A DNA stretch of 63,671 bases, the filler included, from Octopus bimaculoides (lineage: Eukaryota), in assembly GCF_001194135.2 (NCBI RefSeq). It is 8 parts of 6 records of this genome, joined end to end, with 100 filler letters (N's around TTAATTAATTAA, not from the genome) between each part and the next. Parts side by side here need not be neighbours in the genome. Positions count along the whole stretch, not along the records: positions 34,010 to 45,061 come from NC_068985.1; positions 45,162 to 55,022 come from NC_068985.1; 6 more parts are not named here. The stretch is one strand, 5' to 3'. Every line of letters begins with the position of its first letter. Position 1 is the stretch's first letter. Below, piece after piece: positions 38,588 to 53,138 of the stretch. The notes under the pieces are model-generated. The model saw only the letters and a list, made by a program, of their open reading frames with translations. It had not been told where the DNA came from and ran no database searches. The position numbers were made by a program, and so were the translations under genes.

Positions 38588-40859
38588 CACCCCCCACCGC
38601 ACCATATATATATATATATATATATATATGAATTCTTGCTTATCAGTGTATGAGTGTGTATTTGCAGGCGTATGAAGTGTTTAAGATAGCTTTTATCTTC
38701 CATGTGAGACAATAAGTCAATGTTGAAGTAACGAAGGAGATATATAAAATGAGAGTAAAGGTCTCGTATTCCGTCAAAGTTCATATACATTGTCTTATCA
38801 AAGCTTCCACTGCTAACACTGCTGTAGATATTGTGGTTCGCACATCCTCTACCGTCACAAAATAACATACAGATATATACACACGCATACATATCCGTTA
38901 TATTTCTCCTTGATTTAGTCCTACATTTTCAAATTTGTTACGAGAATTCACGAGATTTCTAATTGCACTAATTTCCTTTTGTTTAGGTCAAGATAACATT
39001 CATGTGACACCACGATCGTAAGAGGTTTTTCCTCTTCTTTCCCCTTTTTTGTTCTTCGTTTTATGTTGAAAAACCATGTCTGGCATTGAATCAAAGTACG
39101 ACGGTAATAACTAACTATTAGACTAATTGACACATTTTAACTAATTTATCATGGCTGCCAATTTCAAAGCAGACAATTGTGCGAAAATTCTAATTTGATC
39201 AAAAATAAAACCTTTTTGTTTTTCACTTTTCATTTCTTATCTCTGTAGTTCATATGTGTATATACATAAATAAATACATACATACACACATACATATATA
39301 CATACATATATACATACATCAATACATACATACATACATACATACATACATACATACACACACACACATACATACATACATACATGTATATACACATATG
39401 TATATATATGCACGTATGTATATGTATATTTATTTATGTATATATATACGTATGTATGTATATATATACACACACATACATATACAAGCATGCGCACACC
39501 CACACACGCATACGATTGTGCGTGTCCTTGCATTTGTGTTTGTACCCCCATCATCGCTTGACAACCGGTGTTGGTTTAGTTACATACCTGTGTCACAGCG
39601 GTTCAGCAAAAGAACAGGCACCAGCCTTTACCAAAAAGTAAGCGCTTGGAGATTTGTTCAACTAAACTCTTCAAAAAGCTGCCCTAGCATAGTCACAATC
39701 CAATGACCAGCAGAAATAAAAGAAACTTAAAAGATAAAAGATAAAGTATATAACAAAAATAAGCCAAGAAAAATAACTCCAAGTAACCAGCGACAAGAAC
39801 AACAACAGCAAAAAAAAAACACGAACTAGTCAGGCTAAATACTACTTGAAGGGAAGACAGACAAACACCTAAGGGCAATGTCGACTGATTCCGAATGGGG
39901 AGGAGAGATAATCACAAGCAATCAACAATCTCTCGAATTAATATTCCATGAAGGAAAAGACCATCAGTTTTGTTGTTGCTTTTTATTCTGAAGAGTAAAG
40001 GAATATTTTAAGTGTGTTTCTGTCTCAATAGGCGTCATCAACATGATATCACATATAGTATGTATATCATTGACACACAACAATATTACTCAATATAAGA
40101 TAATTTATTGGTAAAAATTAATTTGGTTGAGCATAATAGTTGAATAAAACGTAAAGGTCCCCTTCGGTCATGAATGACCAAGTGATTGCACTTAGAAAGT
40201 TACCCTCCGAGGCACAAGTCCGGGCAAGGTTGTTTATGGAAGACCAGCAGTTGCCATTGCCTACCGATGTTATTTAAGGGAAAGGCAAAGACCAATACAG
40301 CTTGACACCAATGACGCCGCAATTCATTTCTACAGCTGAGTGAACTGGAGCAACGTGAAATAAAGTGTGTTGCACAACACAGCACACAGCCCGATCTGTG
40401 AATCGAACTCACTACCTCATGATTTTGATCTCGATGCTCTATCTAACCACTGAGCCATGTGCCTCCGCATAATAGTGGTATATATGATACACAAACAAAG
40501 CTTGTATCACTTTCAGCTCTTTACATTCAGCGTTCAAATCCTGCGAGATCAGCTTTACCTTCTGTCGTTTCGGGGTGAATAAATTATTCGTCAAATACCG
40601 GCCTCGATGGTATCACATGCTTAGACAATTCCAACTGTCTGATGGGTACCAACTGGAATATTTGAATTTGCCAGTGTGAACATGGAGCAACAACAATGGG
40701 CTGTCCACATTTTTATCTCGATAGAGTGTTCATTAGAAGATAGAGATAATGTAAGGTGTTCATAATTGAAGTGGTTGGTTATATAGTCCACAAATATGTG
40801 ATCTGCATAATCGACTTACATAGGACTCATGGACATGGACCCAGTTACTAGAAGTTGAA

Positions 40860-41400
40860 TGCATCTTTGACGGCACATAAAAAGCTACAGCCTGGATTAA
40901 CGATCTTGTCAAACAGCCGTCAAGAGGGTAATTGTTAACAACCGGTGGTGGGACACTCTGAAGAGGGCGATTAAATATGAGTTGACTTCGTTTAGTAAAT
41001 AGTTGATGATAGAGTAATATAGATTACAGAAGGAGTTAGACAGCAAGTTGGAAGAAGTGGTTAGCAAACGCATCGCAGCCGAACTAGTATTCGTGCCTAA
41101 TAACAAGAAAGAACGAAAGACGTTCGATGGATATGAATGGTGGAAGGGCACGTTGCAACAAAGCCACAATTTTGTCTTTGATGTACAAGATGGTTACGAG
41201 CATTTCGGTTCCAACAGCTGTGTGCGACGTTCGAGCGGCTTTTTGCTCGACTGTTCGGTGCCAGTGATAAGCCAGAGGCAGTTATGGACCTCACTGTGTA
41301 TCTCAACAGCTTGTCGCTGCTCTCAGCGAAAGACATAAGTCACCGCGAAAGACCAATAAGTCCAATTTCAATACTAGAGATTTCTGTAAATGACAAATCG
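40860..41400 (+). mobile_element. L1/Tx1-clade LINE ORF2 linker remnant
   Basis: Degenerate VIVNNRWWDTLKRAIKYELTSFSK and FERLFARLFGASDKPEAVMDLTVYLNSLSLLSAKDISHRERPIS resemble the EN-RT linker of L1/Tx1 elements. Confidence 0.55.
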
Positions 41401-41879
41401 TACGATTTGGAATAGAAGATATTCCCTAAGAGTTTTATGATAATATGTCTGATTGTTTGGTGATCTTTTAGCCAACGTCAACTGCAAATGGCAGCTCAAA
41501 GGGTGAATTCTCAATTCTGTAAGCCGTGATGTGTAACGCTACTGTGAATTGATAACGGTGAACTTTCCCTGCGGTGAATTGATAACGGTGAACTTTCCCT
41601 GCGGTGATTTGATGACGGTGATCTTACCGGACATGGTTCCTATAATCTAAAGGTCCAACTTTGTCATACTTATAGAGAAGTTCAGCTCATAACCCTGCTA
41701 AATACAAAGATTAAGATTTCGGCCAAGGTGTAGTCGAAGATGATGCTTCTCGTTGTTGAAGTGTAAATGTGTGCGATCTCTAATAGATACACCCACAACA
41801 ACCTCCAGCTCAATCGATATATCATGAAGGAGATGGCTTACTAATCAGGCTTTAGTGGTGCTCTGATCAATTTAGATAA

Positions 41880-43300
41880 CCGAAAGAGATATGACGAACT
41901 GTAAAACTATAGAACAGAAAACTATCGAACAACAAAAAAATATGATACTTATTCCATAAGACGACGATTCATCAACGACAAATATTTAAATCATTTAAAA
42001 TAAAGTAAAGAAACTAAAATCTCAAATGAAAGCAATAAAAAAATGAAACCATTACAGAATGGAAAAATAGGATGGTAGAAAAAGCAACAGATTTCTATCA
42101 AAAACTATAATCCAGTGAATGAAACAATAACGCTCTTTAAAAAACAGACAACATCATTGAAGCCACAATGGAATTATGAGATCTACAAATGACATAATGC
42201 GAAGTGGAACATCCACAAATGCCACAATGCAAAGTCTCTTCCAACAACTGAAGGGATTTAAATTTCCAGAGAGTACAGCATAACAGCTGATGTTTTAAAA
42301 CATGCAAGAGAAACTCTATAAAGTCACTTATTAAACACTCGACTGCTTGACTCAGGTTTGATAGAATTTTCAAAAGTTCGCACAAGGCAATAATTATTTC
42401 ACTATGTAAAAAAGTGGGATCGAAAAGAGTCTGGCAAATTATTAGCCCCAAAACTTTGTCAGTGTTAGATACAAGTTATTTACAAATATCAGAATGAACA
42501 AAATGGTTAAACTACTGAATGGAAAAGAAAAAGTTACACGAAAAATACAATTTCGAGACGGTTTTTTTTTCACCGTTGACTACCAACGTGCCATGACACA
42601 AATTCTCAAAAAGCCGACAGTATATAACAACAAGGCTGTAGAAATATGAACACTGATGGTCACATACATCCATACGTGAGGGATTGCAGAAGCAAATTTC
42701 GAGATCCATGCATACGCTAAAACCCATAAAAATGAAAATTAATGCATTAGATATTAAATTAGTTTCAATGTTTGCTACCCGGAGGGCGGCGAGCTGGCAG
42801 AATCGTTTGCATACCAGGCAAAATGCTTTGCGGTATTTTGTCCGTCTTTAAGTTCTGGGACCATCCCCAATTGAAAAAAGATATATTTGCAAGAATCAAG
42901 GATTCTCTAAATTGACATGACATTACGGAAAAACACATGGTTACTGTATGGAGGAAAGAGGATGGTCATGGACAGGCGTTGGTACGATAATTGTCCGATC
43001 TTATTATTAGTAGCCAAAAGACTTAGACTTATACAAAAAAGAGTAGGAAACATTTATGGCCTCCGTAATTTGCAGAATTCAAACAAAAATTAACTAAGAA
43101 AAATAACTCAAAGTGACTAGTGACATATATTTGAACAACATAGACAAATACAAGCATGTCAAATAACAAACAACGAACACTCTTCATTTATTAAAATTAT
43201 CTCCACCTCTAGAGGATGTGGCACAATTACCAAATAGCACTTAAGACCAGCTCCATATGAGAAGAAGGGATAATCTCAAGAATCAAGGAATTTTCCTGTA
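41880..43300 (+). mobile_element. Degenerate RTE-clade LINE (reverse transcriptase region), interrupted by a SINE at about 42785-42860
   Basis: Frameshifted ITADVLKHARETL, AIIISLCKKVG and LANY*PQNFVSVRYKLFTNIRMNKMVKLL...QFRDGF..TVDYQRAMTQILKK follow RTE RT domains 0-2. Confidence 0.7.
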
Positions 43301-43332
43301 GTGACATGGTGGACTATTCCTATAGATTACAG

Positions 43333-43538
43333 GTAAGTTCTCCGCCATTAATTCATCGCAGGGAAAGTTCACCCGCATCAATTCACCTTGTAGAAAGTTC
43401 ACCGTGAGGAAAGTTAACCGCGAGGAAAGTTTACCGAGAAAATATATCCACAGTATCTCACCAGTAATAATTAAAATCTATTTTATTGAAAAAAAAAAGA
43501 CCCCGAAATTGGTGAATTGACGACGGCGAACTTACCGG
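43333..43538. mobile_element. Short DNA-transposon-like element with TIR GGTAAGTTC / GAACTTACC and subterminal repeats; related half-element at 41544-41628
   Basis: Repeated gaaagttcacc(g) motifs. 41544-41628 has 2.8 copies of a 30-bp unit gtgaattgataacggtgaactttccctgcg ending in ...tcttaccgg. Confidence 0.45.
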
Positions 43539-44188
43539 ACATGATTCCTATAATTTAAAAGCCCAACCTTATCACACTTATGTCAGTCTGAGAGTACATG
43601 AGACTTATGCTATAAGTACACGTGTGTGTATGTGTGTTGGAACATACAACTACTTTTCATGCCAATTCAACGATCAGGCTATCCATTTAATCGTACACTA
43701 AACATTTATACGTCAAAAAGTAAGACGAGAGTGTCTATTAAAATTGTTGTTGCTGTTGTAGTAATCGTTGTTCCTATTGTCATTGTGCACAACGAATGAT
43801 CAGCTTTACAGTTTCGTTTATAAAGTATGTTTGTGTGGTTTGTGTGTGAATGTGAGTGCGTGTTTGTGTCACTGTATCAGCGTGAGTGTGTGAAGGTGTA
43901 AGAAGAACTTGTATCAATTAATTAGATTTGCCGTAATTACTCAGACTGTTGCGAAGTGAATTAAAATATAATGGATTATATAATAAAAATTGCGTAGAAA
44001 AGGCAATGATGTATTACCTCTACCCACCTATTATTAAGTTCTTTACCCTCTAATTTTCTTGTTCCCAGACATATGCTCGCATACACACACACACACACAC
44101 ACACACACANNNNNNNNNNNNNNNNNNNNNNNNNNNNNNNNNNNNNNNNNNNNNNNNNNNNNNNNNNNNNNNNNNNNNNNNNNNNNNN

Positions 44189-44238
<50 letters not shown>

Positions 44239-44508
44239 ACATATGGATACATATATACATATTAATTTACTTGCCAATAAAGCAAGACAGTCTTTGAATA
44301 TAAGTAGACATATTGGATTCTCTCTGAAATAACAACGCCAAACTTGTTCTGGGTCAAAGAGAAATGGACCCCAAACAAACAACTACAGCAAAGACTACAA
44401 CCACAACAACAGTAACAACAACCACAGCAATACCATCAACAACAATAAAATTACCAACAACAGAAGTACCAGCAAAGAAGACAATAGCCACCGCATTAGC
44501 TGAAGTAA

Positions 44509-44976
<468 letters not shown>

Positions 44977-45029
44977 TAAACCATCCCTCTATTTCTCACT
45001 ATCTTTCTTTCTTTCTTTCTATCTTTCTT

Positions 45030-45061
<32 letters not shown>

Positions 45062-45161
45062 NNNNNNNNNNNNNNNNNNNNNNNNNNNNNNNNNNNNNNN
45101 NNNNNTTAATTAATTAANNNNNNNNNNNNNNNNNNNNNNNNNNNNNNNNNNNNNNNNNNNN

Positions 45162-45231
<70 letters not shown>

Positions 45232-45430
45232 TTAATAATAATAATAATAATAATAATAGTAATATTAATAATAATAATAATAACATCGAAAAATACCAAT
45301 GTAATGCGAACCCAGGTTCGAAATTTCTCCAAGATACCTGATATACCTGTATGGTATATCAGCCGAAACGTTGTGTTTAACAACAAACAAGATGAGGACA
45401 AATATCCGTTGAATGTAAATAATGTAAATA
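45162..45430 (+). mobile_element. Penelope terminal-repeat fragment: (AAT)n tract plus hammerhead-bearing 3' region
   Basis: catcgaaaaatacc...gaacccaggttcgaaattt...cagccGAAACGTTGTGTT...gatgaggacaaatatccg is homologous to 12823-12960 and 32925-33075. Confidence 0.75.
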
Positions 45431-45479
45431 ATGTATATGGTGCATGTAGTTCTGTGCATGTTTCTTTGTTTCATAGGGT

Positions 45480-47200
45480 TCACACTGTGGGGACACGTTA
45501 TTGATTATCCTAACTAAGTTTTCTATCAGTATGTTGATTTTCATATTGTGTGACAAAGCTGAGTTCTTGTGAAGAACATATTTACAAGCTATGGGCTTCA
45601 TGTTATAGGAGTGAAATTGTTTACAGTCTATAACCAATGTTCAGTATCATGGACAGAGAATATATTGTTAAGGTGCTTAGTGGAATAATCTATACTTATC
45701 TAGATACTTTGGTGGATGGAGTTAGCTACGCGCTGGATGCTCTCCATTATGCTGCTCTTGTGTTCTACACTACATCTACTAGGGTTTGCCCTGACTAGAA
45801 TATTGATGTCATCTACATACCTACAACAAGGCAATACAGTTGCGGATTGTTCAGCTACGGATTGTTTAATTTTTCTGTCTCACAGGTCATAATGAGGTTG
45901 GCCGCATCTTCAGCCACACCTGCATCTTGAACCTGCATGTATAGTTTCCTGTCAAACTTCACTATGTGGTTCATCAATGTGGTTCTGACGCTAGCTCCTA
46001 TAACATGCGCAATCATTTTTCTCACCTGTTGTTGTTCTCAGGGTTCCGAGTGGGTATGGTCCAGCCACTCCATCCCTCTGTGGTGCTTTTCGTCACTGCC
46101 GAGATGATAGTGACCTGGTGGGGTAGAATCTACTTAGGTCATGTTTGACATGGTATTTACGGTCATAGCTTAGTGTAAGGACGAGGCCCAGTTCCCTCGT
46201 GTTGAATTTGCAGAACACTATTTCACTCTCACAGATAATATCAATGCATTTTTCCCTAGCAAAATCTAAGTCTATAGATGGGTAGAATGAAATCACATCC
46301 ATACTACCCCCGAGAAAACTTGGGGACATTTCAATAAGTAGTTGTAACACCTGTGAGAGGAAGTAGGATAGCCTATAATTGCTGGATATATTCTATCTAC
46401 CGGTCCAATATGTATTGGAGTCTATTTCCAGCTAAAGAAACCTTTGCCTCTGTCTCCCTGTCAGTCTATGGTGAGATACATAAATTTTGTTGACGGGTAA
46501 GTCTGCGTGGTAGATCCTTGTCATATCGTACGATTTGATGTTGGGATTATTGAAGACAGAGTCAAGGGCGCTACCGGAGTTACTATTTTTGTAATTGTTG
46601 TTGTTACGGTTGCCGGCGTTGTTACAGCTGGTGTTGTGTTCATTGTTGAAGTTGTTTTTCTTACTGCTGTTGTTGTTGTTGCGGGTGTTGATGGTGTTGA
46701 AGGTGGTGGTGGTGTCGGTGATATTGTGGTTGTCATTATTATTGTTGTTTTGATTTCGTATGTTTGTGTTGTTGTTATAGTTGCTTGTGTGGGGGATATG
46801 GTTATTACCACTATTGTTGTTGTTGTTTTGGTTTCGTATATTTGTGTTGTTTTGGTTTCGTATGTATGTGTTAGTGTTGTTTTATTGTCCTAACCTCCAT
46901 CTTATTTTTAAGAAAGTTTTCTCAATCTCAGATAGACAATCAATTTTTCTGACCTTCTTATATGTAGCAAACTTCGGTGGTAACCCTAATGCATGCATTT
47001 CCTCCGCATCTAGTTGTACTGCACCGTATATTTCAGGGGTGTAATTGTTGCTGTTGTTGTTAGTGGTGGTATTGTTTCCTGGTGCCCTGGCAGCTGGTAG
47101 ATTATATTCCAGCATGATTATCTCGTCGATATTGTTTGGGTACCTGTGTTGATTCTTACCATGCTGAGATCGGTGTTGTTGCTGTTTCATCCACTTGAGT
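45480..47200 (-). mobile_element. Degenerate Penelope-like reverse transcriptase ORF
   Basis: Minus strand: LDAEEMHALGLPPKFATYKK..IEKTFLKIRW (N-terminal region), GSMDVISFYPSID (motif A), CRYVDDINILV (motif C) and HSYNMKPIACKYVLHKNSALSHNMKINILIENLVRI (thumb). Stops and frameshifts are present. Confidence 0.8.
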
Positions 47201-47452
47201 TTGTTGTTGAACTGTTTGTTACATGCCCGCTTTACTCGGAAGTATTATTGTTAGATGAATGATGTGTGTGTTAGTTTGTGTATAAATACAGTCACAGGCG
47301 TGGTTGTGAGGTAAAAGGCTTGCTTTCCGACCACATGATTCGGGGTTCAGTCGCACTGCGTGGAATTTTGGTCAAGTGATTCTACTATAACCTCGGGCCA
47401 ACCAAAGCCTTCTGAGTGGATTTGGTAGACTGAAACTGAAAGAAGCCCGTCG

Positions 47453-47486
<34 letters not shown>

Positions 47487-50400
47487 AACACACACATATA
47501 TATGTGAGTGTGTTCGTGTTTGTGTGTGTATGTATCTATGTATGTGTCTTTGTCCTGTATTTGTACCCCCATCACCACATGACGACCGGTGTTGATGTGT
47601 TTACGGCCCCGTANNNNNNNNNNNNNNNNNNNNNNNNNNNNNNNNNNNNNNNNNNNNNNNNNNNNNNNNNNNNNNNNNNNNNNNNNNNNNNNNNNNNNNN
47701 NNNNNNNNNNNNNNNNNNNNNNNNNNNNNNNNNNNNNNNNNNNNNNNNNNNNNNNNNNNNNNNNNNNNNNNNNNNNNNNNNNNNNNNNNNNNNNNNNNNN
47801 NNNNNNNNNNNNNNNNNNNNNNNNNNNNNNNNNNNNNNNNNNNNNNNNNNNNNNNNNNNNNNNNNNNNNNNNNNNNNNNNNNNNNNNNNNNNNNNNNNNN
47901 NNNNNNNNNNNNNNNNNNNNNNNNNNNNNNNNNNNNNNNNNNNNNNNNNNNNNNNNNNNNNNNNNNNNNNNNNNNNNNNNNNTGTGTGTGTGTGTGTGTG
48001 TGTGTGTATGTGACTTTGTGTCTGTGTTTGTCACCTCATCACCGCCTGAAAACCAGTGCTAGTATGTTTACGTCCCCGTAACTTAGAAACTTAGCGGTTC
48101 AGCAAAAAGACCGATAAAATAAGTACCAGGCTTTTAGAAACAAGTACTCGGGTCGATATATTAGACTAATAATTTTTCAAAGCAGTAACCCAGCATGGCT
48201 GCAGGCTAATGATTGAAACATGTGACAGATAAAAGATATATGGAAACGAGAATAAATAGTTTAACATGGTATATCTTTTGAGGATTTCAAATACTACATA
48301 TGCAGTGCACTATTTTGTAATGTAAATCTATTGCTAGACTTACTTTCATCATGATAATGGATTACTAACTATAGGCCTAACTGCCGAAATGAATTTTATA
48401 TTATTAAGCCTGCATGTCTTTTAACAATTTCATAGTAGATGTATTTGATGTTTGACATATAATTCAGTAGAGTGAAATTAATACATCGTAGATTTGCGGA
48501 AAGTGGTGAAACGCGTGCAGCATTACGATTTACATGTAATTTACAGTGCATGTAATGTTGGCGAAACAACATGAAACACTGATCGTGTACTACTCGTTGC
48601 TACTCGATAGAGGAAGGTGTTTACTAAGCCGTGTTATAGTCCATGTAGCAGCTGTTCATTTCAGAATAATTCTTCCCCAAATATATATTGCGGTAGTAAA
48701 TTTGCCTCTCCCATCACTCATTGATATCCACTTTTGTCGATTTAGGTGCAGCATACATTCAATTATTTCAACACCAGATACAGTTTATCGGAGATTCAAA
48801 GAATTATACTCTCAAATCTATATTATAATCTGAATATAGCATAAGAAGTCTGTGAAGCATGAAGAATGAACTGCATAAATGTCTGCAGAAGACACATAAA
48901 TTCTTGTCCTTTACAATGTTAAAACTTGGGAAGATTTCCTTAACTACGTTCCATTATACTGTAGGTGATCATTAAATAAACATTGAAGCCAACAATGAAC
49001 TATAACATTCTTGAATCTCATAAGCAATGATAAAATCAATATTTTTACGTCATCAATGGTGTTATGGCCAACACTGTATAAGGTTTGTAGGGCACATTTC
49101 ATTTATAGTTTCGAAACGTTCAAGAGATTCGAGTTTTGAGATACATCCAATTTAATTTTATGAGTATGAATATCAAAACAACTCATCGATCTACTTTAGA
49201 AACAGACCGAACTCTTGCAGACATAAATTAAACTGATACAAAAGAGACAATTCAATTTCGTTTCAAATCCCAATATAATTGCTTTTGTCTAATTTAAATT
49301 TGGTAAACAAAATTCATGCACTTAGATAAAATGAAAAGAGAATGTTTAATAATATTATTGAAATATTCTTGCATTTTTTGTCGTTATTGTTCAAACGGAT
49401 ATGGATCCTTATCGTGGTTTAAACAATATCATATCAATAGACTATCACAACTAGTATTCCCGCCGTAATCAAAATTTAGTTTAGTATACATATATCGAAC
49501 TATAATGTATTATTACTGCTTTATCATTTTAAATATATAATGTGACATGAGATAGATGTGAGAGTTTTTCTAGCAGTTGATTGATTTGGCTCTATCTGAA
49601 ATGATTTTTTGCAGTTGATTGATTTGAAGACGGGCTTTTACTCACCTCCCTTGGATGTTCAAGTAATAAGTTCAAATTCCATCTCTGTTTGGATAATAAC
49701 CCTAAATAATGAGTTACCGGTAAAGCAAAGCGATCCATTCAGAATCTTTCAGAAATTATTGATTGCGTTTCGGAATTATGAATAAATAATTTATCTTTTG
49801 TTTCTTTCCGATATTTTTAATTTGCAGTAAAACTGTCAACTCAAACTGGCATAGATATTAAATATTAAATTTCACGTATTTTCTAAATACTGTGATTCTT
49901 TCAATATTCTTACCATTCTATCACAAATTTTGGGAAATTTCAAGGAGCGAGAAATAATATCGTATCATACAATAATCGAAAAATTTCGTTTTATATATGT
50001 GTGCATCCTTTATTCCGATATTTTAATCTACAATTTTAATTTATTAGCATACATGCTTGAAATAAACCCGCGGTTTGTATGTTAACTCCACAAATAAAAT
50101 ATGACCATATGTATGTGGGTTATTTATATAAACCAATGACTGCATATAAAAAGCGTTATATTTCACAAGCAAAGAATATTCTAATGTAGCATATTGAAAT
50201 GTTTACAAATTTACAGAAATCTCTGACTTGAAGAATCCTGCACATAGATACGGAGGCTAGAAAACAAATAACGACTATCAAAATAACCAAACCATGCGTA
50301 TCTTTGTTGTGTAAATATTAATTTCAAATTGTTGGCACAACATCAGTAATTTTAGTGGGAGGGATAAATCGATTACATCGACACTAGAGCCCAACTGGTA

Positions 50401-52345
50401 CTTATTTTATTGACCCTAAAGGGATGAAAGGCAAAGTTCAGCCTGAACTCATTTGAACTTAGAGTGTAATGTCGGATGGAACACCACTAACCATTTTTCA
50501 CAACACGATTACATTTCTGCCAGTTCACTGCCTTATATTTGTTGTGTAAATATTGATTTCAAATTTCGGTAGTTTCAGGGAAGGGCGTAAGTCGATTATA
50601 TCCACCTTAGTGCTCAACTGGTACTTATTTTATCGACCTCGAAAGGATGAAGGGCAAAATCGATCACGGTGGAATTTCTAAGCTAATGCTGATTGTAAAA
50701 TCCGTAGATTAAACTTCCCTGTCAAACAGAGGTTTCATCTACTTAGTTTTTATCGACCCCATATTTTGTGACGAAATTTGTACTAATAACTCCGGCAACA
50801 TTTAGACTAATAAAGCAATGTCCGAAGAAATGCAGTAAGCATTTTGTTCGGTGCGGTGACGATTCTGTCAGCTCGCTGCCTTACTCATATTTTTTTTTCT
50901 AATTATACTTGATTATTTCCCGACTTAAATATCCGTGTATATTATATTGACACAGGTGAATATTATATGAATACAGAAGAACAATATGTATTATGTTACC
51001 ATCGGTAAATACTATATTTATACACTGAAATAAAAAAGCAATTCTTTAAGTGTAATCATGCAAATTTTACAATCGCTTTAATATTCGTGTGAACTGTTCA
51101 GTTAACGGTAACTCTTTGACGAAGTCGATAGTATATGCTACAAAGCTTGAATCAAACTGTAGTGGTCAATCTAAAACATATTGCGGCTACAGAACATACA
51201 TTAAAAAACCGTTATTACAAGCCTCTGTAAAATAATCTGCATGTTCGTGAGGGAAAGAGAAGGGGAGGAGGATGAATAGAGGAGAAAGAAATTAGCGAGA
51301 AGAAAAAGATGTATAATAATGCCAAATGCGTCACCTGGTTAATTGAAGGGAGAGGCAAAGAGCGAGAAAAAGACGGCGAGAGAAAAACGGGAGAGAGAAG
51401 TGTTAACGACGTGCTCTACGGTGGGGGAGAGAAAGAGAAAGAGAAAGAGATATGTTCAGGATACAATATTTGAGAAAGGGTTATGTTCTGTTGGTGAGGT
51501 TACAGAAAGGCAGATAGAGATGGACAGGGGAGGCAACTACTTTAAAAGAGAGAGAAATTGAGAGAGAGTGAGTGAGACAGTGAGAAAGAAAGAGTGTGTG
51601 TGAGAGAGAGAGAGTGAGTCACATAGCGTTTGTATTGGCAGAGTAGAGATACATTGAGGGCAAGCAACAGCAGATATTAGGAAACAGGTAGACTAAAATG
51701 AAACTAAATGAGCTTGGTTACTGAAAACTATAGTGGTGATGATTATCGTTTTTGAGAAGAAACAGTCAAAGGTAACCACCACATACAATCGCCAAACATC
51801 TCCACTACTAAACACTGTCCAAGTTAACCCTCTTCACCTTTACAGCTGATATGAAAAACTACGAGGAAAAGGCAACCATTTTAATTATGCAAAACAAAGA
51901 AGAAGAAAATTGATTGCTATTAAAGCGAGTAAAATTTTGGGGTTAATAATCTTAATCTTTAGAGTATTGTGTGGAAGATTTGGCTGCTGCTTCTACCAGG
52001 TCTAGCTACCGTGTAGAGGTCTCCCTCATTGGCTTAAAAAATACATATATACATAAAATCGAAATACAATACTTAAAGCAACAGGCGTCAAATACAAAAG
52101 CCAAGGTCCATGCAATGTTATGAGCAAGAAAATTATCCAACTCCTTGCCTAATGCGAGCCCAGAGCAATTGCTTATCTCTTAAACTATTCAGTATTACAT
52201 CGCTATTGTAATGTGAGATAATAGTTTCAGTTTGAAAGAAGCTTGACTTATATATATATATATATNNNNNNNNNNNNNNNNNNNNNNNNNNNNNNNNNNN
52301 NNNNNNNNNNNNNNNNNNNNNNNNNNNNNNNNNNNNNNNNNNNNG

Positions 52346-53000
52346 CAACACGGATTTTAAAGGTTATTGCAGTACGCACGTTTCATGCTACTCCATTTAT
52401 TTAAGTAAAGCGAGCAGTACATTAAATGCAAAATGCAGAGCAATCTTCAGCTGCACAAAGATATAGAAAATTTACTGAGATTTTCATTTCAGCAGAATGG
52501 ACATATTTACTGTTGTGACAACATTTAAAATCTAAGTGGGAAAGAAAAATGTTAAATTTCCCCTACATTATGATAGTAGTAAAAAAAACCTCAACCTAAA
52601 ATTGTGTTGCCACTACGGCCAGAGGAATCTTTATAACCATATCCATGTATAATGCTTACACCTTCCCTTTCCTTATAAGTGAAAGGTTGATTGCCCCCTT
52701 ACACTTTAAATTACTACATAAGAAAGAAATAAAATCAGAGAGAGTTAGAATTCTACCTTGAGCTAATTACTAGCCTACTAGCCTTGGCTATGTCAAGATG
52801 GTTTTTATGGATTCTTCTCTTTCCCACTTAGATTTGAAATGTTGTCCATTCTGCTGAAATGAAATTTTCAGTAAATTTTCTATATTCTTGTGCAGCTGAG
52901 GATTGCTCTGCATTTTGCATTTAATGTAATGCTCGCATTACTTAAATAAATGGAGTAGCATGAAACGTGCCTACTGTAATAACCTTTAAAATCCGTGTTG
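52346..53000. mobile_element. Foldback-type MITE with about 200-bp TIRs
   Basis: caacacggattttaaaggttatt...aagtgggaaag (52346-about 52545) is the reverse complement of about 52815-53000. Confidence 0.78.
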
Positions 53001-53092
53001 TTTTTTTTAATTTTTGATCACCTTGTTTTTGGAATTGTTTGGATAAAACCATAGTATATTCTGGTGCCTAAACTTAAGTGCCACATTCAATT

Positions 53093-53138
<46 letters not shown>

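Noticed and set aside
41544-41628. 30-bp direct repeats as a CRISPR-like array
   Set aside because: The repeats are contiguous with no unique spacers, in a eukaryotic context with no cas genes.
49615-49662. Micro-exon candidate LIDLKTGFYSPPLDVQ
   Set aside because: Weak donor (GTAATA), no recognisable homology, and the acceptor region is a short local duplication.
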